A stretch of DNA of 60,743 nt, filler included, from Hydrolagus affinis (GCA_012026655.1; 4 parts of 4 records of this genome joined end to end with filler, not necessarily neighbours in it), one strand, 5' to 3'; positions 23,861-36,679 are shown, counted from the first letter of the whole stretch. A program made the numbers and translations. The notes: generated by a model not told the origin, from the sequence alone.

Positions 23861-25803
23861 ATATTCCCTAACTGTTGTGTTCGGCCACTCTTTCCCTCCT
23901 GTCTTTATATTTATCCACCAGCCTTGCCTACTCCAAAGCAAAACTTTTTTACATGTGATGGGTCATCCTGGTGTCTCCTGATTCTTGGTGGTCCTTGCCC
24001 TGTTTTTCATTAGCCCTTTTCTTATCTTGACTAGCAGAGTGGCTCTTAAACATTCCTGTTTTCTCGAAGTATCTTATTGTAAAACACCTCCCCATTTTCC
24101 CAGGCATTCTGACCAGCTTTCTTTCTTACCTTGTGACTCCTTAGCCCGTGAGAAGACATCGAGTAGCTTGATTGATGTATTTAACTGAATATGTTTTTCT
24201 GCCTTTGTCCTTCACCTTATCATGTCTACAAGAGCTAATGCCAGCCAATCTACATTCCCTTCTTTTACAGACAGGGCTGATTTCTGCAAGTTCTTAATTA
24301 TTTTAAGATGCTAAATAGCACTGTGTGGTTCTGTTGTACACATCCTGCAAAGACTGTTACTTTTCTAAGTAACATAAAGAAAGTCATATAACGCTTATAC
24401 CAATAATATTAATGCCATATTGCCATTTTTTTTTAAATTATTGCAAGTGGAGCAGGGTGAAGGTGTGGGATTTGGGCTTGTGGAGCCTGGTGCATTGGAG
24501 GAAACAAACAGCAGAATTTTAGATTGCACTGTTTGCAGTGACTGCAATTTATCTTGTAATGGACTTATTCAAAAAATGAATGAGAATTATTCCTATGGAT
24601 AAATGAATCTACTTTAAGTGCCTTCACATGTGTGGCAACTATGGAGTTACATAGGTTAATGTAGCTAGAGATAATTATATATTGTTGCATATTTTCTCAA
24701 CACTTTATTGCTCAAATCCACTAGCATAGCTTGCACTATCTGCCAAGCTTTCCCACTGCTTGTCCAGCTGGGACAACCACACCCGTTAGCGCTTTGGATT
24801 GCTGGGTTAATGAGTGCAAAGAATCCCTGACTCCAGTGATTGGTCTGCCCTTCCAAATCCTGCCAATAAGCATTAGCAATGCACTGGAGTACTGTGGACT
24901 CTTGTAATTTGACATTGATCCATGTAATTTCACATTGGTCATGTAGTGTTCTAACATTTTGTTAGAAGACCATTGCTGAGGCAGTATTGAGGCAATAAAG
25001 AAACCACCTGTGCATACTGCAGTGTAATCAGGCAGAATGAGTTTGATGCTGACACTAGGCGATGCAACAAAAAATAGGTACTAAATGTTGTACTTTAATG
25101 ATCCAGCAAAAAACATTATTGTGTTGTGTAGATCGTATGGTATTGAGCTCAAACTTGCTTTTTGTTGTTGGGTTTCCATTCTGAGGGTACCATCTGCTTT
25201 TCGATCAACACTCTTGCAGAAAACGCCTTTCAACGGGGATGTTAAAAAAAAATTTTTTAAATTGATCATTAACTTTATGGCTGTGAGACAAGATTAGCTG
25301 CTGCCATGGCCAACTCAACACACAATCACTCCCCTTTGCAGAAGCCTCTGGTGCAATGGTAGCAAACTCAAATCCAAGGATTATTATATTACTATTGTTA
25401 TCATCTGGAAACAGAGCACCGTGAATTCACTGCAAGGTCCTGGAGCCAAGCCAGAGAAGGATCTTTGTTATTTATCAAAAACCTTTGGACTTCGATCTCA
25501 GCCAATTTCAGTTGTCGGTTTTAAATTGATTACCTGCACAGTAAAGTACACCTCATGTGTTTTGGTTTCAGTGTGATACCAAGCTGGAGCATTCACCCTG
25601 GCGTTTAACTGCAACTTTTCCATTTCCCAGTTTAGACAATTTGATTCAAAAGTAAATGTTAAAACTAGATTTTAGGGAAAAACATTTGGCTACGTGGCTC
25701 CTCGGCTGTGCTAATGTTTGAATTCCGTTCCGAATAAGGACTTGATTGTGAACTTATACTTACATTCGGTTAAAATCCTGGCTTTTCAAAAAGGGTGTGG
25801 AGC

Positions 25804-25827
25804 AGTGAAAGTGAAAGGGTGATTTCC
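25804..25827 (+). promoter_or_regulatory. ISRE (AGTGAAAGTGAAAG) abutting a kappaB-like site (GGGTGATTTCC)
   Basis: GAAANNGAAA match about 80 bp upstream of the gene B ATG, followed immediately by a near-consensus NF-kB site. Confidence 0.6.
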
Positions 25828-25896
25828 ATGTACAGGTAGTGGGATAATCAGAGCAAGTCATTTTATTAAGAAAATCCTGCATCTGTGGAGGGAAGG

Positions 25897-25948
25897 ATGG
25901 CGATTCTGGCTTTGTGCGTTGTCGCTGTCTCCTTTATCTCAACATCAG
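25897..25948 (+). CDS. NCR3LG1-like: B7-H6/NCR3LG1-like gene B, leader exon (MAILALCVVAVSFISTS-G)
   Basis: 52-nt ATG..G|gtaagt exon, hydrophobic signal peptide, phase 1. Confidence 0.88.
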
Positions 25949-27535
25949 GTAAGTAACTTTGAGCCCATCTCTTTCTCGTCCTCAAACCTGGGTTGGTTGT
26001 AAAATGCGAGCAGAGGAACCACTCAGCTTCTCTCCAGCCTCTGTTGCATTTTCCATTCTCTACCCATTGTTTCTTTCAAAATAGAAATCTTTTATTTTCA
26101 TCAATCAATTTTGCAAATGTCTAAAGTTACCATTGTAATTTTGGAAGTTGCTATAAATGTAAACGACATAACCACGAAAGAGTAAGCAGCCTTTAGAGCA
26201 AACTACCTATCGTTTGGCATTAATGGAGGGGCTAGATCTACTCTATTCGTGTAATATAATAGGAATCCTTGTATTTGACATTATATATAATCCTTGCATT
26301 TGATATGGTGTGCTATCATGTCTCCTAGACACCTCAAAGGGCTTCACAGAAAATACTGTAAAGAGAATTGCTGTGGATTAAGTGACCAAATTATTATTAT
26401 TTTTTTAAAAGGGATTATAATCCCCAAAAAAGTGATCTGCCAATTGACTAACAATCGGGTTTCTACATACAACTAAGGTAAACATTTCAGATTGTCCAAA
26501 ATTTGGCAGGATCTTGAATTTACTCTTAACTTTGAAGTTGGGTTTCTGTAATTCTTCAAGTAAACTTGCATAAAAATGAGTGTATGGTGGAGTCCTGTAG
26601 TGCAATGGTTAGAGCAATTGCCTCAAAATTTGCCAAATTCTCGAAGCTCTGAAACTACATACACAGAGTGATCCTCTACATGGATGGAATACTGTACAGT
26701 CAAACCTGATTTCTACAACCCCCCAGTGGGTATTAAATAAGGATTGCTGTGCAGAGTAGCTCCAGGCTGGTTGTTGACAGGGGTTGGTTGCTGAACGGAG
26801 GTAGTGGATTGAACAGGTTTGACTGTGTATCTCTCCTCAATACAACAAGAATAAATTACATTTGTAAAGACCACATCCCTTAATGATAATGTCTCAGAAT
26901 AATTTAGATCTTAATGTTTTGTACTCTAAATGCAATGAATACATTCAGCATTGACAGCTGCTTCCATTGGCTTTAGAAAGTACATGATAGATAGATGATG
27001 TGCAGGGTTAAAGAGATTGTCCTTTTTCATGATTAGATGAAGCATCTTCCTGAGTAGGTGCTAGTTCAAAGCAACATTTTATGAGGATGCACAGAATACA
27101 ATAGAGCAGTGTTCGCCAACCTGTGACCTCTCTCCGAGCCAGCACCAAGGAGTGCCTCGTAGAACACCCACCACAGTCCAGGCAACTCTGCACCAAATCA
27201 ATGCTTTGTTTTCAGTAGCTACTGAGTCCCGATACACATGGCACAGCCATAAATGAAAAAAAATTCAATAAAGTAAAACGGAATTGGTAGGCCGACCATA
27301 AATGATGGAGAGCAATGCTGTATAGAGGAGCTGGTAGGCTGAGGAACAATGAGTCAACCAACATCCTTAGTTCTCTCATCTTATCACATGGCATGTTCTA
27401 TCCCATCCAAGGGGTACTTTTGTTTCCTGTTCTTGCTTCCTGTGTACAGTATGTTGCATTTATCTGTATTGATAAGAATCTGATGGACATGGTCAGAATA
27501 TAACTTCATTTAATTCATTTTTTTTTCCAAATTAG

Positions 27536-27874
27536 CATTGGAAATGACGTTATTCAACAGTCCAATGAAAAGGCAAGTGAATGAGAACGTAGTCCTGGAA
27601 TGCAAGGTGTCTGGTTACCTGGGCGGACAGATCAACCTCAAAATGGTAGGAGTTACGTGGTCTTTTGGGCCTAGCAAGAAACTCGTGTATTCATATGCTG
27701 CAGGAAAAGCTTTTGTACATCGAAACAAGGCAAAGATTTCTGAAGAGAATTTAAGGACAGGAGATGCCTCATTGTATCTCTCTAACATACAAATTGAGGA
27801 AGAAGGAGATTACACATGTTCGGTGATCGTAACCCCAGACAAAGTAGAAAAGACATCCACACTCCAAGTGTCAG
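27536..27874 (+). CDS. NCR3LG1-like: Gene B V-set exon
   Basis: attag|CA..TCA G|gtaag, 339 nt. ALEM..NVVLECKVSG..VGVTW..ISEENLRTGDASLYLSNIQIEEEGDYTCSVIVTPDKVEKTSTLQVS; the GDASLYL and C.V.VTP..K motifs are typical of B7-H6-type V domains. Confidence 0.88.
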
Positions 27875-28289
27875 GTAAGGGTCAACAATGCTCCATATTA
27901 AACATATTATAATGGGGAGAAATCCCACTTGATTCTAGAATTACTCTATTCATGTATATTTTCAGCATCCAGAATTTGGCAAATGGTTGAATTGGGTGTT
28001 CACTCTGAAACTTTTTTTTCATGGTTTTGTGGAAACATACAGAAATTAAGGTACAGTATTTAAGAATTTGGGGGTGGAATGGCAGGTATGTAGGGCCTCC
28101 CTGGCATTGACATTGGCTCCAAGGTGATGTGTTGATGACGGAATGTTGGAATTGAGGCAATGGCGATCATGGTCGTCTGGTTCCTGAGTTTGAACCCACT
28201 TTCTCTATGAGTACTTTTTCACTCATGGATGAGAGTGCCAACTGAGCCAGGGTGATATGTAGGAAGATGTGAATTGGAATATAGCTTGT

Positions 28290-28670
28290 AATGTGTGGAG
28301 TCCTGTTGCGCATTGGTTAGAGCAATTGCCTCGCAGGCAGGAGGACCCTGGCTTGATTCATGGGCAAAGCCAAATGTTAGGCAAGATTGCTTACTTCACA
28401 TGCCTCTGTTCACCTAGCAGTAAATTGGTACCCAGTTGTTAGTCGATCAGTGGATCGCTTATCTGGGGGTAATAATCCCTTTTAAAAAAAATGTAGCCAC
28501 TCAATCCACGACTGTTTGTGGGACACTGCTGTGTTCAATTGGCAGCCATGTTTGACCCACAAAATATTGTCAATTTATTTTATAGTATATTCTGTGAAGT
28601 GCTTCAAGACATCTCAAAGATGGGATAAGGCGCTATATCTAATGCAAATATTATTACTACTGTTATTATT
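28290..28670 (+). mobile_element. tRNA-derived SINE in gene B intron
   Basis: GGAGTCCTGTTGCGCATTGGTTAGAGC head, CCACGACTGTTTGTGGGACACTGCTGTG body, AAGGCGCTATATCTAATGCAA tail. Confidence 0.8.
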
Positions 28671-28718
28671 ATGCCGCTGTGAAATGGCTTCCCAACTTTT
28701 CATTCCTCTTCTTTGCAG

Positions 28719-29036
28719 CCCAGCCAAATGTAATTCTGTTGCCACAGCCTTTTACAGTTCTTCTTGGTTCAACAACATTTGTGAAATGTAGTGCTACCGG
28801 ATTTTACCCTCAGGAGCTCGAAATCATCTGGTACAAGATATCGCACGAGAAAACGCAAAACATTTCAGCAAAAAGCTACAATAAAGGACTTAAGAACAAT
28901 AATAAAACGTTTAGCATTTCCAGCTTAATGCCCATTGTGCCAATTCTGGATGATACTGGGAGTAAGTACAGGTGTGTAGTGAAGCACCGGTCATTAGCTG
29001 AGGATCATGCCATGGAAGCGGAACTCCTTGTCCATG
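28719..29036 (+). CDS. NCR3LG1-like: Gene B C1-set exon
   Basis: ttgcag|CC..CAT G|gtagg, 318 nt. VKCSATGFYPQELEIIW..NNKTFSISSL..DDTGSKYRCVVKHRSL. Confidence 0.9.
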
Positions 29037-29641
29037 GTAGGTTTCATTTCCAAGAGGAATCCATTACTTTATTTTTGTGCTGAATTTTTCTTTTTTATGT
29101 TCTTTACATGGTTTCAATACTGGAATAAATGATTGTCTCCAAGTTTTTGAAAAGAAAGTTCAGTGAATGCTGGGAAATGTCAGATTGGTACTTTGCCTAT
29201 AAGAGAATCACAAGAGAGATTTGAGTAAAGAGTCCCATTGGCCCATTCGATCTTACACTTCTAGCATCAAGTTGATTCTTAAATGTGTCTTGTGCCTTTA
29301 CTTACATTACCCTTGGTGGGATACCAATCCAGCAGTGTGAAACACTTTGAGACATAATGATCTGAAAGGTGCTGTATAACATCAATCAATCAGCCAGCCA
29401 TAACATGAATTGGATAGTGTGTTTGTAATTTAAACCCTTAGAAATTTCTAAAGTTACTTGGGGATGGTTATCTGAGAGCTTGTATTGAATAACTTAAACA
29501 GTAAAGAGTTGATACCAAATGAAGTTAGTTTTGCCTCAATGTAAGCACCTGGCCCATTCAGATCTTATATAAGTACAGTACTGTAAAATGGTTTACTGAT
29601 TAGTTGCTTAAATTGATTCTCAATGTTCCAAGCAATTACAG

Positions 29642-29746
29642 AATGTAACAACCGTAATATTGGTGGATTCATTGGAGCAATCATTGCTCTGTTAGTGTGT
29701 GTCTCACTTCTCATCGGATTTGTTACCTGGGATAAACGGCGAAAAG
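29642..29746 (+). CDS. NCR3LG1-like: Gene B transmembrane exon (ECNNRNIGGFIGAIIALLVCVSLLIGFVTWDKRRK-G)
   Basis: ttacag|AA..AAA G|gtaag, 105 nt, phase 1-1; hydrophobic stretch followed by KRRK. Tail exons are presumably lost in the gap at 29815. Confidence 0.85.
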
Positions 29747-29814
29747 GTAAGCTACTTTTATCTACCTGAAAATACAAATTACTATTATTAAAATCTTCTA
29801 TTATTTCCATATTT

Positions 29815-30056
29815 NNNNNNNNNNNNNNNNNNNNNNNNNNNNNNNNNNNNNNNNNNNNTTAATTAATTAANNNNNNNNNNNNNNNNNNNNNNNNNNNNNN
29901 NNNNNNNNNNNNNNTCACTCAANNNNNNNNNNNNNNNNNNNNNNNNNNNNNNNNNNNNNNNNNNNNNNNNNNNNNNNNNNNNNNNNNNNNNNNNNNNNNN
30001 NNNNNNNNNNNNNNNNNNNNNNNNNNNNNNNNNNNNNNNNNNNNNNNNNNNNNNNN
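29815..30056. other. Assembly gap with TTAATTAATTAA filler and an 8-nt islet
   Basis: N-runs; filler at 29859-29870. Confidence 0.95.
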
Positions 30057-30209
30057 CATGAACAGAGCAACACCATCCTGACAACCAGGTCACAGGGAGG
30101 GCTTGTGTCATGAAGCACTGTCACGGAAGTGATGATGAAACACCTCATCGCCAACAAACAATTTGAATAATAAACCTCAGGTGCAAAGCTAGTCTCCTGA
30201 GGAGCAACA

Positions 30210-30255
30210 ATGGGATTGTTCATCACTTCGCTTCTCTTACTGAGCTTTACATCAG
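30210..30255 (+). CDS. TRAV/TRDV: Leader exon of V4 (MGLFITSLLLLSFTS-D)
   Basis: 46-nt ATG..G|gtgag exon, phase 1; Ets-like CGGAAGTG at about 30124. Confidence 0.9.
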
Positions 30256-30837
30256 GTGAGGCTTTGTACCATAGACTACATATGGATATGCATATAGCGT
30301 CTGTTTCTTCTGAAGATGAATGAATGTTCTGGCTTCAATAATAATAATAAACCTTGCATTTGTTTTAGTGCTTCTCACGTTTTATCGACTTCGCAAAGCG
30401 CTTTAAAGAAGGTACTGTCAAGTGAATTGACTGTACATTTGTGGGCGAAATGCGGATGCCAATTGCGCACAGCAGCGTCCCCACAAATAATCGTGGATTG
30501 AAATTATCAATTTTGTCATTGTGCTTTTTTTGGAGGAATTATATTTTGTGCCCAGCATCCCACGAGCAGAAATGGATTGAGTGAGCACGTAATTTTAAAT
30601 TGCTACTGTCTCCACGAAGGCGATCCGGCAATGAACAAACGAATGGTTCCTCCTTATTACTCAGTAAACTGGTGTGTGAGTGTGTTTGTATGTGTGTGTG
30701 CGTGCTGACCACGTCAACTTGACCAGTGATTTGTCCTGTCGCGGATTGGCACGATTGTCCTCACGTTTCTGTAGCTGGCGGTCTATCAGGACAATAATAG
30801 CACAAAGTTTGACTTTGATCCTTTTATCTGTTTGCAG

Positions 30838-31150
30838 ATGTGATGCTGGAAGATTCAGTCAGACAGCAGTTAACAAGGCTGAGCAAACAAGAGGGAGACA
30901 TGGCGAGTCTGAGCTGCTCATATACCACCAGCTCGTCCTTTGCCGCTCTGTACTGGTACAGGCATTACCCAGTATTCGCTCCCCAATACATTCTCTACAG
31001 GAATACTGATGGAAATAGTTACACAGCAGATTTTGCCAAAGGTCACTTTTCTGCACAGCTTGACAAGAGTCAGAAACTATCCACATTAAGCATAACCAGT
31101 CTCACTATCACTGACGCTGCCACATATTATTGTGGTTTAAGAGCAAGTAG
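30838..31150 (+). CDS. TRAV/TRDV: TCR alpha/delta V segment V4, V exon (inverted relative to V1-V3)
   Basis: ttgcag|AT GTG..; DVMLEDSVRQ..ASLSCSYTT..LYWYRHYP..APQYILY..FAKGHFSAQLDKSQKLSTLSITSLTITDAATYYCGLRAS. Confidence 0.93.
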
Positions 31151-31189
31151 CACAGAGCTGCAAGTCAACGGCTTGCCTGTACAAAAACC
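31151..31189 (+). other. 23-RSS of V4 (CACAGAG, 23 nt, ACAAAAACC)
   Basis: Perfect nonamer, exact 23-nt spacer. Confidence 0.95.
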
Positions 31190-31889
31190 TAGTCATGATT
31201 GACGCACAATGATACCCCAAAAAACAGTCAATTTGAGTCAACCGCAGCTTTATGCTGAGAGCATTCGCCTCGCAATCAAGTATACTCCGTTTTTTTAACC
31301 AGCAGGGCGAAGGTTCGGCCAAATTTTCATCATCCAAGCAGTACTATCTAGCAGTAAGATGAAAAATGTTTGTTAGTTGATAATTGGATTGCTGATCCAG
31401 GGTTTAATATTCGTGAATTAAAAATGTATGTTCATGAATCCACGACTGCTTGTGCAATCTGTTGTTTGCAATTGACTGTCGTGTTTCCTACACAATGCGA
31501 TACAATTGGCAAGTTTCCTTACGCCACACGCACACACGCCTGTGTTAATAATAATAATTCGTCCAGAACAAATCACAATAATAAACTTGGTCATTTCAAT
31601 CCATGACTATTTGTGGGGCGCTGCTGTGCGCAATTGGCTGCCAAGTTTTCAGCGACAATACAAAGTTTACTCATTTTAGTGTATATTCTTTGATGCGCGT
31701 TGAGACGTCGATCGTATATAAAAAGTACGCAGGGACAGAGAGACAGAGTCCAACCTCCTACTCACCCTGAGACCCCTCATTGCCCTCACGTTGACGCTCC
31801 CTATTGCCCTCATAGTGACCTTCCACTATGCCATCCACTATGCCTTGTGCCTCTTCCACCACAAAATACGTATGCTATGTTCTGATATA

Positions 31890-32361
31890 CTCTGCTACCC
31901 ATACACACACTTGCAACACAGTATCATATACAGTCATGCATTGTTCCCCGGACACACACTTGTCGCACTGACACACACACTTGCACACACACTCACACAC
32001 ACACTCGTGCACACACCTGCACACAAACACTTTCAGATGCACACATAGACACACATACTCAGTCACACGTATGTATAAACAAACACACACTATCACTCAT
32101 AAGTGCATACACACATATTGACACATTTGCACATACATACACATACACAATAAAAGTCAGGTACACATACAAGCAATCACACGCACTCTCACACAAACAT
32201 CTACTCTCTTTCACATACACACACATAGCATGTGACACACATATATAAACACCATACACACTCATGGACACATAACAAATACACAACGTCACACACCTGC
32301 GTCCACACTCACACACACGCACACTCACAACACAGAGAGAGACTCTCTGACAACTACACAC
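31890..32361. repeat. CA-rich degenerate microsatellite
   Basis: Long imperfect (CA)n/(CACT)n/(CATA)n tract. Confidence 0.85.
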
Positions 32362-32720
32362 GCACTGAAACATGCAGATACACACATCAGATGGAGACCA
32401 GTCACACAGTGCTTGTCCTCTGTCAGTTCTGTAAGCTCCATTTTTACGTCAGTCACTGTGACCATTTTCAGTCCCTGTAGCTTCAGAGAGAATCGTGGCT
32501 GATTGTGAACAACATGGGGTTTCCTGACACAGAAAAGCTACTTTGCACATGTGGAGACTTACTGTGTCCCAATAACTTTCTGTATACCATTGTGGACAGT
32601 TTGCCTCCAGTTCAATAGTGATTAAAGTCATATGGGATTAAAAATCAGTTATTTATTTCTATCTATGCATCATGACTTTTGTAGGTCGAGACACGAACAC
32701 ACAAAACATGTACGCTTTAA
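32362..32720 (-). pseudogene. Possible decayed V-like pseudogene, copy A (duplicated at 33868-34260)
   Basis: Minus strand gives SSFSVSGNPMLFTISHDS followed by stops, then CACAGTG, 21 nt and ACAGAACTG. The duplication is clear; V origin is only suggestive. Confidence 0.3.
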
Positions 32721-33127
32721 GTATCTGCAATTAATGTGTTAATTCATATCTCAACTTATATTCGATTTGAGACACATGTAACCAATTGAGTTGCACCTGA
32801 CGGGACTTGGTTGTATCGAGCTTGGTAGAGGAGACATTGGATTGAATTAATAAACATCACAATGTTTTCGGTATGTCAGCGATCTTCTCATGGAGATCTG
32901 TTCTGCAGCTGGAGAACAAGGTCCGTTAGATATGTTCTGCAGCTGGAGAGCGAGCTGTGCAACGTTTGTTTTTGTACGAACCATCTCAAAAAAATAATGG
33001 TAGAACTAAATAAAGAACGATCGATTTAAGTAAGAAGCTAATAATTTGGAATTTGGGATCTCGAATCCATGTTTAACAGCCTCAGAACAGCAGAACGTCA
33101 ACAATATGAATGAAGCAACTCTACAAG

Positions 33128-33560
33128 TAACAACAACAACAAATTACATTTATAGAGCGCCTTTCACGTCGGGAGGACGTCCCAAGGCGCTGTACAGGAG
33201 GCGTGTGACCCGAGCTGGGAGGGGAGTGTTTGGGAAGGGGTGTAACACGTGGGGGAGGTCAAAAAATTCGGTGTGGAACAAGAGGCACGGTCGAAGAGGA
33301 AAGTCTTCAAACCGGCGTTGAAATAATAAAGGGAAGAAACGAGACGGAGGGATTGGGGGATGGAATTCCATAGGGTGGGAGCAGAGAAACTGAAGACCCT
33401 GCCTCCGACGGTGGGGCGGTTCGGGCGGGGTGCTTGGAGCAGGCCAAGTCCTGCAGAACGTAGGGTCCGGGTGAGCTTGTAGGGGGAGAATAGATTGGTT
33501 AAATAGGGCGGGGCAAGGCCATGTACAATTATACTTGCATATTTGGACATGGACATATTT
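33128..33560 (-). mobile_element. LINE2 3' fragment
   Basis: HGLAPPYLTNLFSPY..RTLRSA..LL..GGRVFS..APTLWNSIP..LKTFLFDRA. Confidence 0.88.
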
Positions 33561-33867
33561 GGACATGGAGATCGAACTGGAAATCGTACAGTAACAGATA
33601 GACACTGTTCGACAAAATATGATGGACTTATATTTGGAATAATCTGGACATTGAAAATTGAACTATGCTACCCTACCTCTCTCATAGCAGACACTTTTTT
33701 TTGCTCAACTTAGATAAGCACATTGTGTGCCATGTGTAAATAGGTAAGCATTTTCGGAATGAATACTTTAATTTCTTGTAACTATTATTAACTGAAATTT
33801 ATAAACCTGAATATTAATTGTACAACATTTGTATCAGTCCTAACTTCACTGCAGGGTCACGATTTTA

Positions 33868-34260
33868 AATCGACACAGCAGGGCGAAGGTTTGGCGAATT
33901 TTGCACTGAAACATGCAGATACAGACATCAGATGGAGCTCAGTCACACAGTGCATGTCCTCTGTCAGTGTTGTCAATTCCAATGTGACGTCAACCACTGT
34001 GACCATCTTCAGTCTCTGTAGCTTCAGGGAGAATCGTGGCTGATTGTGAACGACATGGGGTTTCCTGACGCAGGAAAGGATATTCTGCAAATATAGAGAC
34101 TTGCTGTGTTCTCATAATTGTACTGTACACCATTGTAGACAGTTTGTCTCCAGTTTAATAGTGATTAAAATAACATGGGAGCCACACTCAGTTATTTATT
34201 TGTATCAGTGCATCATGCCTTTTTTAGGCCGCAGCACGAAAACTCACAATATGTATGTAA
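33868..34260 (-). pseudogene. Possible decayed V-like pseudogene, copy B
   Basis: Paralogue of 32362-32720; heptamer CACAGTG at 34001-33995, 21-nt spacer, ACAACACTG. Confidence 0.3.
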
Positions 34261-34364
34261 TACAAAATAATGTCCACAAATATTTTAAGATCTATATGAA
34301 TGAAACAATAGGTGTAAAATGAACAAGCTCATTGGAGCTCCTAAAGCTCAATGGTTAGAACACA

Positions 34365-35560
34365 AGAACATAAGTGTTAGGAGCAGCAGTAGGCCATTCG
34401 GCGGCTCGAGCCTGCACCATCAATCAATAAGATCGTGACCTTATCAACATATCCTTTGATTCCTTTATCCATAAGAAATCTATCAATCTCAGTCTTGAAC
34501 AAGTTGAAGGATTGAGCGTCCACAGCTATTTAGGGTAGAGAATTCCAAAAATTCATTACCATCTGAGTGACGATTTTTTTTCTGAACTCAGTATGTAAGG
34601 GCTGACCCCTAATCTTCAGAATGTGACCGCTAATTACAGTTTCTCCAACCAGGACACACAGTCTTACACTATTTACTTTGTCTTGCCCCTTAATAATCGT
34701 ATATGTTTCTGTGCGATCACCTAAATTCTTCTATATTCTGGAGAATATAGGCCTAGGTTGCTCAACTTATCCTCGTAACACATTCCTTATTCAAGGTAGC
34801 AATCAACTGAACCTACGTTCTACCCCCGTAAGGCAAGTATATCCTTTCTTAAATAGGGTCACGAAAACTGGATACAGTATTCCAGGTACGATTTCACCAG
34901 GGCACTATACAGCTGCAGCAAGCCTTCTCTACTATTATATTCTAAACCGTATATAATGAACGACAAATACTGCTAGTCTTCCTATCTGCTTGCTGTACCT
35001 GAAAACTAACAGTTTATGACTGGTGTACAAGGATAACCAAGTCCCTCTGAACGCTAACACTATTTAGTCTTTCCCCTTCTAAAGAATAATCTGTTTACGG
35101 TTTTTACCCCTTGGTGGACGACTTCACACTTCCCTGCATTATTTTTCATATGCCGCCTACCTGCCCATTCTTCTAGCCTATCTATATCGCTCTGCATTTT
35201 TTAAAAAAAGAATCCTCGGTGTTTACTCTCCCTCCTAATTTAGTGTCATCCGCGAATTTGAATATTTGAAGTTTGTTGTCCTCATCTAGATCGTTGATGT
35301 AGATTGTAAATAGTTGAGTCCCAAGCAATGATCCCCTTGGCAATCCACTCGTCACATCCCGCCAATTTGAGAAAAATCCGTTTATACATACTCTTTGTTT
35401 CCTTCCTGTTAGCCATTTTTCAATCGATGTTAATATATTTCCCCTAATTTCATGGGCCCCTATATTTTGCGTCAACCACAGTACTTTATCTAATGCCTGT
35501 TGGAAATCCAATTACACCTTCCCATCTGTATAATCTACCCGATACATGTTCAAAAATATC
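34365..35560 (-). mobile_element. CR1 LINE fragment (RT to 3' end)
   Basis: DFQQALDKV..IRGNILT.IEKWL.GRKQRV.ING.FS.W.DVTSGLPRGSLLG.QLFTIYINDLD..FADDTKLGG. Confidence 0.9.
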
Positions 35561-35689
35561 TAAAAGATTTGTGAAGCATGACGTTTCTTTTGCAAAGCAA
35601 TGTTGAATTTGTCTAATTATATTGTGAACCTCTAAGTACCCCACTACGACATCCTTAATCATTTATTCAAGAATGCTCCCTACCACCGT

Positions 35690-36010
35690 TGTCAAACTTA
35701 CTGGTTAGATCACTCGCCGTACAAGCGTGAGACCTGTGTTCGAATCTATGCAGATCACGTTGAAACCTTGGGCAAGTATCCTTACTCCATACGTCTAATA
35801 ATAATCCCTCCAAAATACCTTCAATACCAAAATGGATCATTTGAATCCACGACTGTTTGTGCGACACTGCTCAACGTAATCGGCTGCAGCGTTTCGCCCG
35901 CAAACATATACAGTCAATTCAATTTACAGCATATTATGCGAAGCACTTTGAGACGTCGATAAGATGTGAGAAGCGCTATATCAAAATACAAAGATTATTG
36001 ATTATTATTA
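35690..36010 (+). mobile_element. tRNA-derived SINE
   Basis: GGTTAGATCACTCGCCGTACAAGCGTGAGACCTGTGTTCGAATC head through GTGAGAAGCGCTATATCAAA tail. Confidence 0.8.
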
Positions 36011-36679
36011 TCATTTACAAACTTTCTTTCAATAACATGAAGAGTCCGAGAGATTGCGCCCAGATACGCACACATTATCAGTGACAAAATAATGTCAGTT
36101 GTATTCCATCAACAGAGATGAAAACATACAGATTTTAATCGATTGTTAGTTGTGGACGCAGCCAACGGAAATATTAACAGCAGACTGATACATTAAGTTA
36201 AAAAATGTAACAAGTATAAAAAATATACAATGTGATACATAAAATATCACATTTGATACATAATATAAAATAAAAATATAACGTGAGTTGTTCGCTGTTC
36301 ACTAACTGACCAATTCAATGATAAACCACTGACATAAAACATGATGACATGGAAAATACTTCAGCCATATTGGAAAATGTATAGAAACTAACACGATTAA
36401 TCTCGCACTTACCGGTGTTGCTGGAGATAGCCACACGTAGCACATTCACAGGAAACAGAGAACAGAAATAGACAATGTGATACAAGCTTTGCTTTCACAA
36501 GCACAGACACAGCAACATCAATATATACATTTGAGAAATTATAAATTTATGGGGAAAAAACAAGAATAAAAATGATTTAAATTCGCTAATCATCTTCAGT
36601 ACAAGGGAAACAGTTTACAGATAAGAACAATTCCAGATGGAAACACATACATTACGAATCTATAAATACTAATATTAGT

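Noticed and set aside
25897-29746. Tapasin or TAPBPL call for gene B
   Set aside because: The leader splices straight to V with no N-terminal tapasin domain, and the TM has no Lys; the V motifs fit B7-H6-like proteins better.
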